Source of the DNA: Psychrobacter sp. HD31
Lineage (GTDB): Bacteria > Pseudomonadota > Gammaproteobacteria > Pseudomonadales > Moraxellaceae
DNA length: 32,000 nt
Assembly (NCBI RefSeq): GCF_051097895.1
Contig: NZ_CP142525.1
Location: 1,440,001 to 1,472,000 of the forward strand
Direction: 5' to 3'
In this document: piece by piece, positions 10,186 to 18,670 of the stretch
Layout: every line of letters starts with the position of its first letter
How positions within the stretch are numbered: the first letter of the stretch is position 1
Notes under the pieces: generated by a model
Databases searched by the model: none
Seen by the model: the letters and a program-made list of their open reading frames with translations, nothing else
What the model was told of the DNA's origin: nothing
Position numbers and translations under genes: made by a program

Positions 10186-10479
10186 ATGACAGCAACATTT
10201 AACCCAAATGACAACTTGGTCATGTGCCGAAAATATAAAGAAAACTTGCCTAAAATGGCTTTTCCACCTTTTCCTAATAAAGCAGGCGAAGAGATTCAAA
10301 ACACTGTTTCTGATAAAGCTTGGAAAGAATGGCTAGAACATCAAACTATGTTAATTAATGAAAACCACTTAAGCATGATTGATCCAGCCGCCAAAACTTT
10401 TTTAGCCGAACAACGTGATTTGTTTTTAGATAATGCAGATTATGAACGCCCGCAAGGTTGGAAACCAGAAGAAAAATAG
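10186..10479 (+). CDS. yggX: Fe(2+)-trafficking / oxidative-damage protection protein YggX
   Basis: 97 aa. The motif [20 protein letters not shown] matches YggX (E. coli [20 protein letters not shown]). GGAG lies upstream. Confidence 0.85.
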   Translation: MTATFNPNDNLVMCRKYKENLPKMAFPPFPNKAGEEIQNTVSDKAWKEWLEHQTMLINENHLSMIDPAAKTFLAEQRDLFLDNADYERPQGWKPEEK

Positions 10480-10493
10480 TAAATTTTAAACCA

Positions 10494-10522
10494 TAAAAAA
10501 CGCACTTAAAGTGCGTTTTTTA
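10494..10522. terminator. Bidirectional rho-independent terminator between convergent yggX and phoU
   Basis: aaaaaa-cgcact-taa-agtgcg-tttttt: a perfect 6-bp GC-containing stem flanked by A- and T-runs. Confidence 0.75.
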
Positions 10523-10542
10523 TTTTAATCAAAATACATTAT

Positions 10543-11388
10543 TTATTCTTGAGGATCATCATCGTTTGGTTCACTCTTTTGATCAGCTGCCTTTTGGTTG
10601 GCATCTTGTACCGCTTTTTCTACTTCATCATAGTCAGTATGCTTAACATCTTGACCACTGCTGGTATAAATAACCAATTCAGAAATGTTTTTGGCATGGT
10701 CACCAATACGCTCTAACGCTCGTAATACCCAAAGGATATTAATAACTTTGCTCACATGCTGGCTATCTTCCATAATATAAGTCAACAAGGCACGGCTAGC
10801 TGACTGATATTCTCGGTTAATCACATTATCGCTACGCATTACCTCAAACGCTTGCTCAGCATCAAAGTTGCGGAAGGCATCAAGTGCATTATGTACCATT
10901 AAACGCACTTGGTTGCTTAAGTGTTGAACTTCAGAATAACCCAGAGGTGCTTCACCCTGTTTAGTTAACTCTTGTGCCATTTTCGCAATTTTTACAGCTT
11001 CATCACCAATACGCTCAAGGTCAACTACGCCTTTACTCATTGCCATCACAAAACGGAAGTCATTTGCTGTTGGCTGACGTTTGATAACAATTTGCATGAT
11101 GCGCTCATCAAGTTCACGCTCCATTTTATTAATTTCTTCATCACGCACAATCACTTTTTGCGCCAGTGCTGAGTCAACATCAATCAGCGCATGCACAGCA
11201 TTTGCTACCTGGTTTGTTGCCATTTCACCAATACGTAAAAAGAGGCTACTGCTGTCTGATAGGGCTTGATCAAAACTACTTGACGTGTGTTTATTTAGCA
11301 TAATTCTTGTTCTCTCTAGTTTGGTAACACCCATACTTTTGTGTACCTGATTAATGATGGCTGCTACTTTATCATCCATTTCTGACAT
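10543..11388 (-). CDS. phoU: Phosphate signalling complex protein PhoU (with N- and C-terminal extensions)
   Basis: Two PhoU repeats (ERIGDEAVKIA and ERIGDHAKNIS). LNKHTSSSF aligns to E. coli LNKHISGQF at residue about 30. The upstream ATG at 11388 has a strong AGGAGG 5 nt away. Last gene of the pst operon. Confidence 0.9.
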   Translation of the reverse strand: MSEMDDKVAAIINQVHKSMGVTKLERTRIMLNKHTSSSFDQALSDSSSLFLRIGEMATNQVANAVHALIDVDSALAQKVIVRDEEINKMERELDERIMQIVIKRQPTANDFRFVMAMSKGVVDLERIGDEAVKIAKMAQELTKQGEAPLGYSEVQHLSNQVRLMVHNALDAFRNFDAEQAFEVMRSDNVINREYQSASRALLTYIMEDSQHVSKVINILWVLRALERIGDHAKNISELVIYTSSGQDVKHTDYDEVEKAVQDANQKAADQKSEPNDDDPQE

Positions 11389-11494
11389 AACAGCCTCCTA
11401 ATATTCCTTTTTTATTGGCTTAGTTGCATTACTTATTTGAGTATCAACCCTGAATACTCTATCACACTATTACACTTAATAATCAAAAAGCGAC

Positions 11495-12340
11495 TTAACC
11501 GTAACGACCCGTAATATAGTCTTCCGTTGCTTTTTGTTGTGGGTTTGCAAATACTTGCTCTGTTTCACCCATTTCTACCATATCACCAAGATACATGTAA
11601 ACTGTGTAGTCCGAGCAACGTGCCGCTTGCTGCATGTTGTGAGTCACAATGGCAATAGTGTAGTCATGTTTTAAGTCGTCAATCAACTCTTCAATTGCCC
11701 CAGTTGAAATTGGGTCGAGTGCTGAAGTTGGCTCATCTAGCAATAAAACTTCTGGCTTAGTTGCCACACCACGAGCAATACATAAACGCTGCTGCTGACC
11801 ACCAGATAATGATAAACCAGACTCTTTTAGCTTATCTTTTACTTCTGGCCATAAAGCAGACTTTTTAAGTGCCCATTCAACACGATCATTTAGTTCAGAT
11901 TTGCTCAGTTTTTCATACAAGCGCACACCAAATGCAACGTTATCATAAATAGACATTGGGAATGGTGTTGGTTTTTGGAAAACCATACCAACACGCGCAC
12001 GCAATAAGTTTAAGTCCACATCTTTATCTAAGATATTTTTACCATCTAACTCAATAGAGCCTTCGGCATGCATGCCTGGGTATAAATCATACATGCGGTT
12101 AAATGTACGCAATAATGTAGACTTACCACAACCAGAAGGACCAATAAATGCCGTTACTTTTTTATCAGGGATAACCAGGTTAATATTTTTAAGTGCTTTA
12201 AAATCACCATAGTAAAAATCTAAGTTTTTTACTTCCATTTTTGCAGGTGGCATATTTTCTGGTAATTTAGATTGTGTGGCTACCGTACCCGCTGCTGGCA
12301 TTGCCGTGGTGGTTTCTTTTCTTTCTAAAACGTCTGACAT
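11495..12340 (-). CDS. pstB: Phosphate ABC transporter ATP-binding protein
   Basis: Walker [10 protein letters not shown], signature LSGGQQQRL, Walker [12 protein letters not shown] and the PstB-specific C-terminus. Confidence 0.96.
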   Translation of the reverse strand: MSDVLERKETTTAMPAAGTVATQSKLPENMPPAKMEVKNLDFYYGDFKALKNINLVIPDKKVTAFIGPSGCGKSTLLRTFNRMYDLYPGMHAEGSIELDGKNILDKDVDLNLLRARVGMVFQKPTPFPMSIYDNVAFGVRLYEKLSKSELNDRVEWALKKSALWPEVKDKLKESGLSLSGGQQQRLCIARGVATKPEVLLLDEPTSALDPISTGAIEELIDDLKHDYTIAIVTHNMQQAARCSDYTVYMYLGDMVEMGETEQVFANPQQKATEDYITGRYG

Positions 12341-12412
12341 AACAGTTACCTTTGTTTCAATAGGTTAATTTTAAATTTTTTGCGTTAAATATGTTATTAA
12401 ATAAGCTAAAGT

Positions 12413-13315
12413 TTATTTCTTATCTCGGCTGATAAATCGGGCAATCACGTTAAGTGCCAATACCGAGAAAGTAATGATCAGGGCACCTGCCCATGCAACG
12501 GTATTTTGCTGTTTAAGAGGTGATGCAGCAAATTGATAGATAGTCATTGGTAAGTTGGCCATTTCACTACTCATATCCAAGCTAAAGTATAAACGGTTCA
12601 TCGCTGTAAATAAAAGCGGTGCTGTTTCACCTGTAATACGGGCAAAACCAAGTAACACACCTGTGGTTAAACCTGCCTTTGCAGCTTTCATTGTAACTGT
12701 TGTTACCACCTTCCACTTAGGTGCACCCAATGCATAAGAGGCTTCTCGCAACTGGTTTGGTACCAAGTTAAGCATGGTTTCAGTACTACGTACAACCACG
12801 GGGATAATAATAAGAGACAAAGCAACCGCACCTGCCCAACCAGAAAATCCATGCCCTTTTAAAAGGCCTGAATCACCATAGCCTTTAACAATGAGTGCAT
12901 AAATGAAAAGACCAATAACAATAGATGGCGCTGATAGCAAAATGTCATTCATAAACCGAGTTGCCTGTGCCAACCATGAATTACGTCCAAACTCAGCCAA
13001 ATACACCCCAGCAAGCAAACCAACTGGCGCACCAATTAATAAGCCTAACGAGGCAATCATTGCCGAACCAACCATTGCATTTCGTAACCCATTTACTGCA
13101 GAATCTGCGGTAAAAATTGGCATGGTTAGCATGGCTTCCATCCCTTTTAAAATAAGGTCTTTTAAAATCCAACCCAACCAGATTAAGCCAAAGGCCATCG
13201 CACCAACTGCAAAAATTAAGCCAAGTATATTAAAAAATTTACGTTTAGCATATAACCCTTTGTTCATACGCTGTTCAAAGTTTCCTACCGCATTTGTATC
13301 TGTTGTCATAGTCAT
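12413..13315 (-). CDS. pstA: Phosphate ABC transporter permease PstA
   Basis: 300-aa polytopic membrane protein with the EAA-type loop (REASYALGAPKWKV), in operon position after pstC. Confidence 0.92.
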   Translation of the reverse strand: MTMTTDTNAVGNFEQRMNKGLYAKRKFFNILGLIFAVGAMAFGLIWLGWILKDLILKGMEAMLTMPIFTADSAVNGLRNAMVGSAMIASLGLLIGAPVGLLAGVYLAEFGRNSWLAQATRFMNDILLSAPSIVIGLFIYALIVKGYGDSGLLKGHGFSGWAGAVALSLIIIPVVVRSTETMLNLVPNQLREASYALGAPKWKVVTTVTMKAAKAGLTTGVLLGFARITGETAPLLFTAMNRLYFSLDMSSEMANLPMTIYQFAASPLKQQNTVAWAGALIITFSVLALNVIARFISRDKK

Positions 13316-13326
13316 ATCCTCACTTT

Positions 13327-14280
13327 TTAGCGATTGCCAGCAGCTTTGTCCATACGTGCCAGCATCAGCTTAGACAATGTTAGAACAAACAAGGTAATAA
13401 TAAATAGGATCAAGCCTAAATGTAACAATGATGCGACATGTAAGTCGCTAGATGCTTCAGCAAACTCATTCGCAATTGCCGATGTAATGGTCACACCCGA
13501 ACCAAACAAGTTTGAATTAATGTTATAAGTATTACCAATCAAGAAGGTTACCGCCATGGTCTCGCCTAATGCTCGACCCAGCCCTAAAATAACACCGCCA
13601 ACAACGCCAACTTTTGTATAAGGTAAGATAATTTTATACATCACTTCCCAAGTTGTTGCACCAACACCATAGGCTGATTCTTTTAGTAAGTCCGGCACGA
13701 CCGAAAATACGTCTCGCATCGTTGCAGCAATAAATGGGATTACCATAATGGCAAGAATCAGTGAGGCAGTAAACACCCCTATCCCCAATGGCGGACCGCC
13801 AAACAGGCTACCAATCATAGGGATTGGTCCAAACACTTTAATCACAAATGGCTGTACATATTTAGCAAATAATGGTGCCAATACAAACAAGCCCCACATG
13901 CCATAAATAATAGACGGGATACCTGCAAGTAGCTCAATTGCCATACCCAATGGCTTGCGAAGTGCAGGAGGGCAAAGCTCCGTCAAAAATATTGCAATAC
14001 CAAAACTCACGGGTACAGCAATCAAAATTGCAATCAATGAAGTTACCAAAGTGCCATAAATTGGCGCAAGCGCACCATATTGGTCATTTACTGTGCTCCA
14101 AGCACTACTGGTATAAAAACCAAAACCATATTCTTTAATACTTGGCCAAGCGCCGATAATCAAAGAAAGCATAATACCGCCAAGCGATATTAAAACCAAA
14201 AATGCAAAAAAACGTGTTAGGCCAACAAACAACGCATCATAACGTTTTTGTTTGGCCAGTTGAGCGTGTAAATCAGACAT
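13327..14280 (-). CDS. pstC: Phosphate ABC transporter permease PstC
   Basis: 317-aa polytopic membrane protein with the loop [14 protein letters not shown], in operon position after pstS. Confidence 0.92.
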   Translation of the reverse strand: MSDLHAQLAKQKRYDALFVGLTRFFAFLVLISLGGIMLSLIIGAWPSIKEYGFGFYTSSAWSTVNDQYGALAPIYGTLVTSLIAILIAVPVSFGIAIFLTELCPPALRKPLGMAIELLAGIPSIIYGMWGLFVLAPLFAKYVQPFVIKVFGPIPMIGSLFGGPPLGIGVFTASLILAIMVIPFIAATMRDVFSVVPDLLKESAYGVGATTWEVMYKIILPYTKVGVVGGVILGLGRALGETMAVTFLIGNTYNINSNLFGSGVTITSAIANEFAEASSDLHVASLLHLGLILFIITLFVLTLSKLMLARMDKAAGNR

Positions 14281-14422
14281 GATAACCCCAACGAGTATAT
14301 TATTTGTTTATGTATAAGACCTTCTTCATACTCAACTGTTCATGTTTTAAGATAGTTTGAGTAGGAAGCAAATCCTATTTGTTATATATTTATTTTTTCG
14401 GATATATACCATAGCTAATGGA

Positions 14423-14460
14423 TAAAAGGGCAAGCACGTGAAATCTTCACTTGCTTGCCC
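14423..14460 (-). terminator. Intra-operon hairpin (partial terminator/attenuator) between pstS and pstC
   Basis: gggcaagcacgtgaa (14428-14442) pairs with ttcacttgcttgccc (14446-14460). This gives a 15-bp stem with one mismatch and a 3-nt loop. On the transcribed (minus) strand it is followed by UUUUA. Confidence 0.6.
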
Positions 14461-14501
14461 TATCAGAGTCAATCAATTACTTGATTAACTCGATATACTA
14501 A

Positions 14502-15683
14502 TTACTTAGCTGTATACACAGGCTTACCTTCGGCATTAACAACTTGCTTCCAAGAATCTTTAAACAAAGCAACTGCTTCATCTGGGAATGGAACATAGTC
14601 TAAGTCAAGTGCCGCTTGGTCACCTTGATCATATGCCCAGTTGTAGAAGTTAAGTGCACCAGCAACTTGCTCTGGATTTTCTGGGTTTGTGTGAACCAAA
14701 ATAAATGTTGCTGCTGCGATTGGCCATGCTTTGTCAGTATCTGAGTTAGCGATAACTTTATAGAAACCATCAGCTTTAGACCAGTCAACGTTACCTGCCG
14801 CACCAAATGTTTCAGCAGATGGCATAACCGTATTACCTGCCGCATTAACCATAGCCGCATATGCCATATCGTTTTGCTTAGCATACGCATACTCAACATA
14901 ACCAATTGTGTTTGGCGTTTGTCCTACTTGGCTAGCAACACCTTCATTACCTTTACCACCAAAACCTGTATTCATTTTGTCTGTTGGCCATTCTACAGAT
15001 TTATCAACACCAACTGCTGCCCAGTCGCTTGATACTTCATTTAGGTAGTAAGTAAAGTTAAATGTTGTACCAGAACCGTCAGAACGGTGAACTGTAATAA
15101 TATCTGTATCTGGTAGCTCAAGACCTTCATTTAATGCAACAATTGCTGGGTCATTCCATTTTTTAACTTTACCAAGATAAATATCAGCAAGCACTTCACC
15201 GCTTAACACAAGCTTACCTGGCTCAACGCCTTCAATGTTAACAACTGGTACAACACCACCAATAACTGTTGGGAACTGAATTAAACCGGCTTCTTTTAGA
15301 TCAGCTGGTTTAAGAGGCTTATCAGACGCACCAAAGTCAACCGTTTTCGCTTTAATTTGCTTAATACCACCAGAAGAACCAATCGAGTTATAGTTTACTT
15401 GACCACCAGTAGCCGCATTAAAGTCTGCAGACCATTTTTGATAGATAGGCGCTGGGAAAGATGCACCAGCACCACTGATGTTCATTGCTACGCCTTCAAT
15501 ATCTTTATAAGCATCCGCTCCACCAGTTACTGCTTCTGCAGCACCAGCAGCAACTTCTGCAGTTTTTTCTACAGCACCTTCTGCAGCGCCAGCAGCAGCT
15601 TCAGTTGTTTCTTTAGCTTGGTTACAAGCCGTTAAAGTTAATGCACTTGCTGCAACACAAGCAGCTAATAGAGAGTAACGCAT
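14502..15683 (-). CDS. pstS: Phosphate-binding protein PstS, predicted lipoprotein with Ala/Glu/Gly-rich linker
   Basis: 393 aa. The signal peptide ends in the lipobox LTAC. Residues about 21-60 are a low-complexity A/E/G/T/V tract, followed by a canonical PstS domain (GAGASFPAPIY, HRSDGSGTTFNFT). AGGAGA lies upstream. Confidence 0.93.
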   Translation of the reverse strand: MRYSLLAACVAASALTLTACNQAKETTEAAAGAAEGAVEKTAEVAAGAAEAVTGGADAYKDIEGVAMNISGAGASFPAPIYQKWSADFNAATGGQVNYNSIGSSGGIKQIKAKTVDFGASDKPLKPADLKEAGLIQFPTVIGGVVPVVNIEGVEPGKLVLSGEVLADIYLGKVKKWNDPAIVALNEGLELPDTDIITVHRSDGSGTTFNFTYYLNEVSSDWAAVGVDKSVEWPTDKMNTGFGGKGNEGVASQVGQTPNTIGYVEYAYAKQNDMAYAAMVNAAGNTVMPSAETFGAAGNVDWSKADGFYKVIANSDTDKAWPIAAATFILVHTNPENPEQVAGALNFYNWAYDQGDQAALDLDYVPFPDEAVALFKDSWKQVVNAEGKPVYTAK

Positions 15684-15865
15684 ATTCGTCTCCTGAGAGT
15701 TACTTTGATTATTCTAAATCAGCTTTAGTTGACTGTTATTTAGAATGGGTTATTTTAAGTCAGTCTAGTACCAATTTTTGCCTATCAAAATCAACGTGCT
15801 AAATGCTTATTTTTTTGAGTCGGTAAGTTAAATTGTGGTATTGATGCGTAGTTTGCCTATCAAAT

Positions 15866-15883
15866 ATGACAGTTTTATGAAAT
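15866..15883 (-). promoter_or_regulatory. Candidate Pho box (PhoB binding site) upstream of pstS
   Basis: The minus strand reads ATTTCAT-AAAA-CTGTCAT, compared with the consensus CTGTCAT-A(A/T)A(T/A)-CTGTCA(C/T). It lies about 185 nt upstream of the pstS ATG. Confidence 0.5.
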
Positions 15884-15993
15884 TAAGCAGATTTGTTAAG
15901 CAATTGTAAATATTTTAATAGTTAGCCCTTATTTTTGGCGATTTAACAACTATTAAGACTAGATTACTATGGCTGATTAATTGGCTCAAAATT

Positions 15994-17280
15994 ATGCAAA
16001 CTACGTCAACTTTGTTAAGATTAAAACTAGTTTATGACAACAACATGAAGCGTAACCATAAAATGAAGCCACCCTCTTTATCGCCTTTTCAGTTAGCCAC
16101 ACTTTGCTTATGGCAACAAGTTAATGCCTCTTTATCTGCTTACTATAAGTTAATACAAAACTTTGACTCTGTAGATGCGGCAATCAAGGCGACTTCTAGC
16201 CAATGGAAAGAGCTAGGTATTCATGACAAACACATTGATAGACATAAAGATAAGAATGCGACAGATATTTTTATTGAGCAGGTAAAGCATGATATTAGTG
16301 CCGGTCACTATCAGATTCTTTTTTTAGAAGATACAACCTACCCAACACAATTAAAGCAGCTGTTTGATCCACCGCCATTGTTGTTTGTAAAAGGCAATAC
16401 AGCACAGCTACACAATGCACAAATTGCGATGGTGGGCAGTCGAAAACCCAGCCCACATGCGCAAAAAATTACCTTTGATATGGCACAATATCTTGCTCAG
16501 TCTGGTTATGTTGTAACAAGTGGACTTGCACAAGGTGTCGATGGCTATGCCCATCAAGGTGCACTCAGCCAAACCGATGAAACGGCAAAAGGTCGAACCA
16601 TTGGCGTTTTAGGCACAGGGATTGATGTCGTCTACCCTCGCCATCATGCACAATTATTTCAACAAATCATCGCAGATGGTGGTTGTTTGGTTAGCGAGCT
16701 GTTACCCGGCACACCAGCTAGCAAACATACCTTCCCACGGCGTAATCGTTTGGTTGCTGGACTTAGCCTTGGTACAATCGTAACAGAAGCCGCACTTAAT
16801 AGCGGTTCATTGATTACTGCCCGCCTAACTTCTGAACAGGGCAAACAGGTTTTTGCTGTACCAAGCCACATTGACAACGCCAATGCTGAGGGCTGTCATC
16901 ATTTAATTCGTGAAGGTGCGACACTTATTTACCATCCCATGCAGGTACTTGACGACTTACAGTACCAACGTCAATCACCGCACATCGTGGTAGATGACAA
17001 ACCTAAATCATTGAACAATGCGCCATCTTTAACAACGAAAAAAACCGAGTCAAACGCCACCAAAAAACCCACAACCAGTCCAACCATTCAAGTTGATAAA
17101 ACGGCTAATCTCCCTGCTCATTTATTGCCTGTGTATGAGTTATTGGATTGGTCTGGGGTAGATTTGGATACGTTAGTTGCAAAACGGAAACTAGATACGC
17201 AAACTCTGCTAGGGCAGCTAATGGAGTTAGAATTGATGGGGCTGATTATGCAGCAGGGCGGACGTTACTTTAAAACCTAG
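15994..17280 (+). CDS. dprA: DNA-processing protein DprA (Smf)
   Basis: Rossmann-like DprA core (VGSRKPS, SGLAQGVDGYAHQGAL, FPRRNRLVAGLS, VTEAALNSGSLITA) plus a C-terminal winged-helix region. The start is uncertain, with in-frame ATGs also at 16045 and 16063. Confidence 0.9.
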   Translation: MQTTSTLLRLKLVYDNNMKRNHKMKPPSLSPFQLATLCLWQQVNASLSAYYKLIQNFDSVDAAIKATSSQWKELGIHDKHIDRHKDKNATDIFIEQVKHDISAGHYQILFLEDTTYPTQLKQLFDPPPLLFVKGNTAQLHNAQIAMVGSRKPSPHAQKITFDMAQYLAQSGYVVTSGLAQGVDGYAHQGALSQTDETAKGRTIGVLGTGIDVVYPRHHAQLFQQIIADGGCLVSELLPGTPASKHTFPRRNRLVAGLSLGTIVTEAALNSGSLITARLTSEQGKQVFAVPSHIDNANAEGCHHLIREGATLIYHPMQVLDDLQYQRQSPHIVVDDKPKSLNNAPSLTTKKTESNATKKPTTSPTIQVDKTANLPAHLLPVYELLDWSGVDLDTLVAKRKLDTQTLLGQLMELELMGLIMQQGGRYFKT

Positions 17281-17318
17281 ATAATTTAAAACCCAGATAA
17301 TTTAAAACCCAGATAACC
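17269..17318. repeat. 16-bp tandem repeat (about 3 copies) spanning the dprA stop codon
   Basis: tttaaaacctag | ataatttaaaacccag | ataatttaaaacccag | ataacc. There are two perfect units at 17281-17296 and 17297-17312, flanked by partial or degenerate copies. Confidence 0.9.
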
Positions 17319-17348
17319 TGTTATAAATAAGTTTAATATAAATATATC

Positions 17349-17969
17349 ATGCTCAATATGGATACCTTAAAAACATCAGACCCAACCGCTGCCAGCCAAT
17401 GGATGCAAGATGGCAAACTACTCGCCTACCCAACCGAAAGTGTTTGGGGTATTGGTTGTGATGCCTTTAATCAACAAGCCGTAAAAAAGATTTTAGCGAT
17501 AAAAAACCGCCCAATAGACAAAGGCATGATTGTTGTAACAGACAGCATAAAACGTTTAACTCCGCTATTGGATGGACTCACACAAGCGCAAAAGCAAACC
17601 TTAGCCAGTAGTTGGGAGTCTGTAAATAACTCTACAATAAACCAACAACAAGCCACTACATGGGTATTGCCCCTACCAAAAGAGGTTTCAATCCCAAATT
17701 GGATAACCGGCAAGCACAATAGTGTGGCGGTTCGGGTCATTGCCCACCCACTTATCAAACAAGTTTGTACCAACATGGTATCGGTCGATAATCCATTTGG
17801 TTTTATCATCTCAACCAGTTGCAACCCTAGCGACCAACAACCTGCTAAAAACTTTGTTGAGGCAAATGCTTACTTTGGTAACAACATTGGCTACTTGCAA
17901 GGTTCTACTTTAGGCTATACCAAACCAAGCCAAATTAAAGATATTAACAACAGCAAAGTCTTAAGATAA
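17349..17969 (+). CDS. tsaC: L-threonylcarbamoyladenylate synthase (TsaC/YrdC/Sua5 family)
   Basis: 206 aa with the motif LLAYPTESVWGIGCDAF characteristic of YrdC/TsaC. Confidence 0.85.
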   Translation: MLNMDTLKTSDPTAASQWMQDGKLLAYPTESVWGIGCDAFNQQAVKKILAIKNRPIDKGMIVVTDSIKRLTPLLDGLTQAQKQTLASSWESVNNSTINQQQATTWVLPLPKEVSIPNWITGKHNSVAVRVIAHPLIKQVCTNMVSVDNPFGFIISTSCNPSDQQPAKNFVEANAYFGNNIGYLQGSTLGYTKPSQIKDINNSKVLR

Positions 17970-18004
17970 CTTGCATGGTTGTATAACCATTTATTAAAAT
18001 ATAT

Positions 18005-18028
18005 TTATTTCTGTATTGACAGAAATAA
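18005..18028. promoter_or_regulatory. Palindromic operator candidate upstream of the GbsR-family regulator gene
   Basis: ttatttctgt-attg-acagaaataa: perfect 10-bp inverted arms with a 4-nt spacer, 45 nt upstream of the regulator ATG. A near-identical site is at 18618-18643. Confidence 0.6.
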
Positions 18029-18072
18029 AAGAAAGTGACACACTAAGCCTAAATGAATACAGTATTTAAGAT

Positions 18073-18591
18073 ATGAAACTTAATCCAACAACCGAACAAT
18101 TTATTCTCCATTGGGGAGAAATGGGCAACAAATGGGGCGTTAACCGCACCGTTGCACAAATACACGCATTGTTATATTTGGTTAGCAAACCTATGAATGC
18201 AGAAGAAATTTGCGAAACTTTAGGCGTCGCTCGCTCTAACGTTAGTAACAGCATTAAAGAGTTACAAAGCCTTAACTTGGTACAAACCACACATATAATG
18301 GGCGACCGAAGAGACTATTTTACAACTGGCTCAGATGTTTGGGAGCTTGCAAAAGTCATTGTAGAAGAACGCTACGAAAGAGAGCTTGCTCCAACCGTCA
18401 CTTTTTTAGAGCAATTAATGGACTCTCCTGAGTTTAAGCAAGAAAACAAAGATGTTCAAAAAAGGATTAAAGACACCCACCAGTTTGTGGAGACGCTCAC
18501 CGGTTGGGCTACCGAAATGCTCAAACTATCCTCTGGTACATTAAGTAAAATATTAAAACTTGGCTCAAGCGTTCAAAGATTTTTAAAATAA
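18073..18591 (+). CDS. GbsR/MarR-family winged-helix transcriptional regulator
   Basis: 172 aa. The N-terminus HWGEMGNKWGVNRTVAQIHALLYLVSKPMNAEEICETLGVARSNVSNSIKELQ is typical of GbsR-type regulators. Confidence 0.8.
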   Translation: MKLNPTTEQFILHWGEMGNKWGVNRTVAQIHALLYLVSKPMNAEEICETLGVARSNVSNSIKELQSLNLVQTTHIMGDRRDYFTTGSDVWELAKVIVEERYERELAPTVTFLEQLMDSPEFKQENKDVQKRIKDTHQFVETLTGWATEMLKLSSGTLSKILKLGSSVQRFLK

Positions 18592-18617
18592 GTTAAGAAA
18601 CAAAAAAAATTTAACTT

Positions 18618-18643
18618 GTTATTTCTGTTCTGACAGAAATAAC
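18618..18643. promoter_or_regulatory. Second copy of the palindromic operator, upstream of the desaturase gene
   Basis: gttatttctgt-tctg-acagaaataac: perfect 11-bp arms with a 4-nt spacer, 28 nt upstream of the desaturase ATG. It is not followed directly by a T-run, so an operator is more likely than a terminator. Confidence 0.55.
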
Positions 18644-18670
18644 AGAAAACTTATTATTTTAAGGTCATGT

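Noticed and set aside
10972-15635. Plus-strand ORFs across the pst-phoU operon (10972-11269, 12555-12737, 12903-13373, 13334-13528, 13938-14138, 15357-15635) and the alternative-frame minus-strand ORF 14600-14905
   Set aside because: They lie antisense to, or out of frame with, canonical pstSCAB-phoU genes. The 156-aa ORF at 12903-13373 even spans the pstA/pstC junction.
15994-16062. Whether the first 17-23 codons of dprA are real
   Set aside because: This is unresolved rather than rejected. None of the three candidate ATGs (15994, 16045, 16063) has a convincing SD, so the longest ORF is reported with the uncertainty stated.
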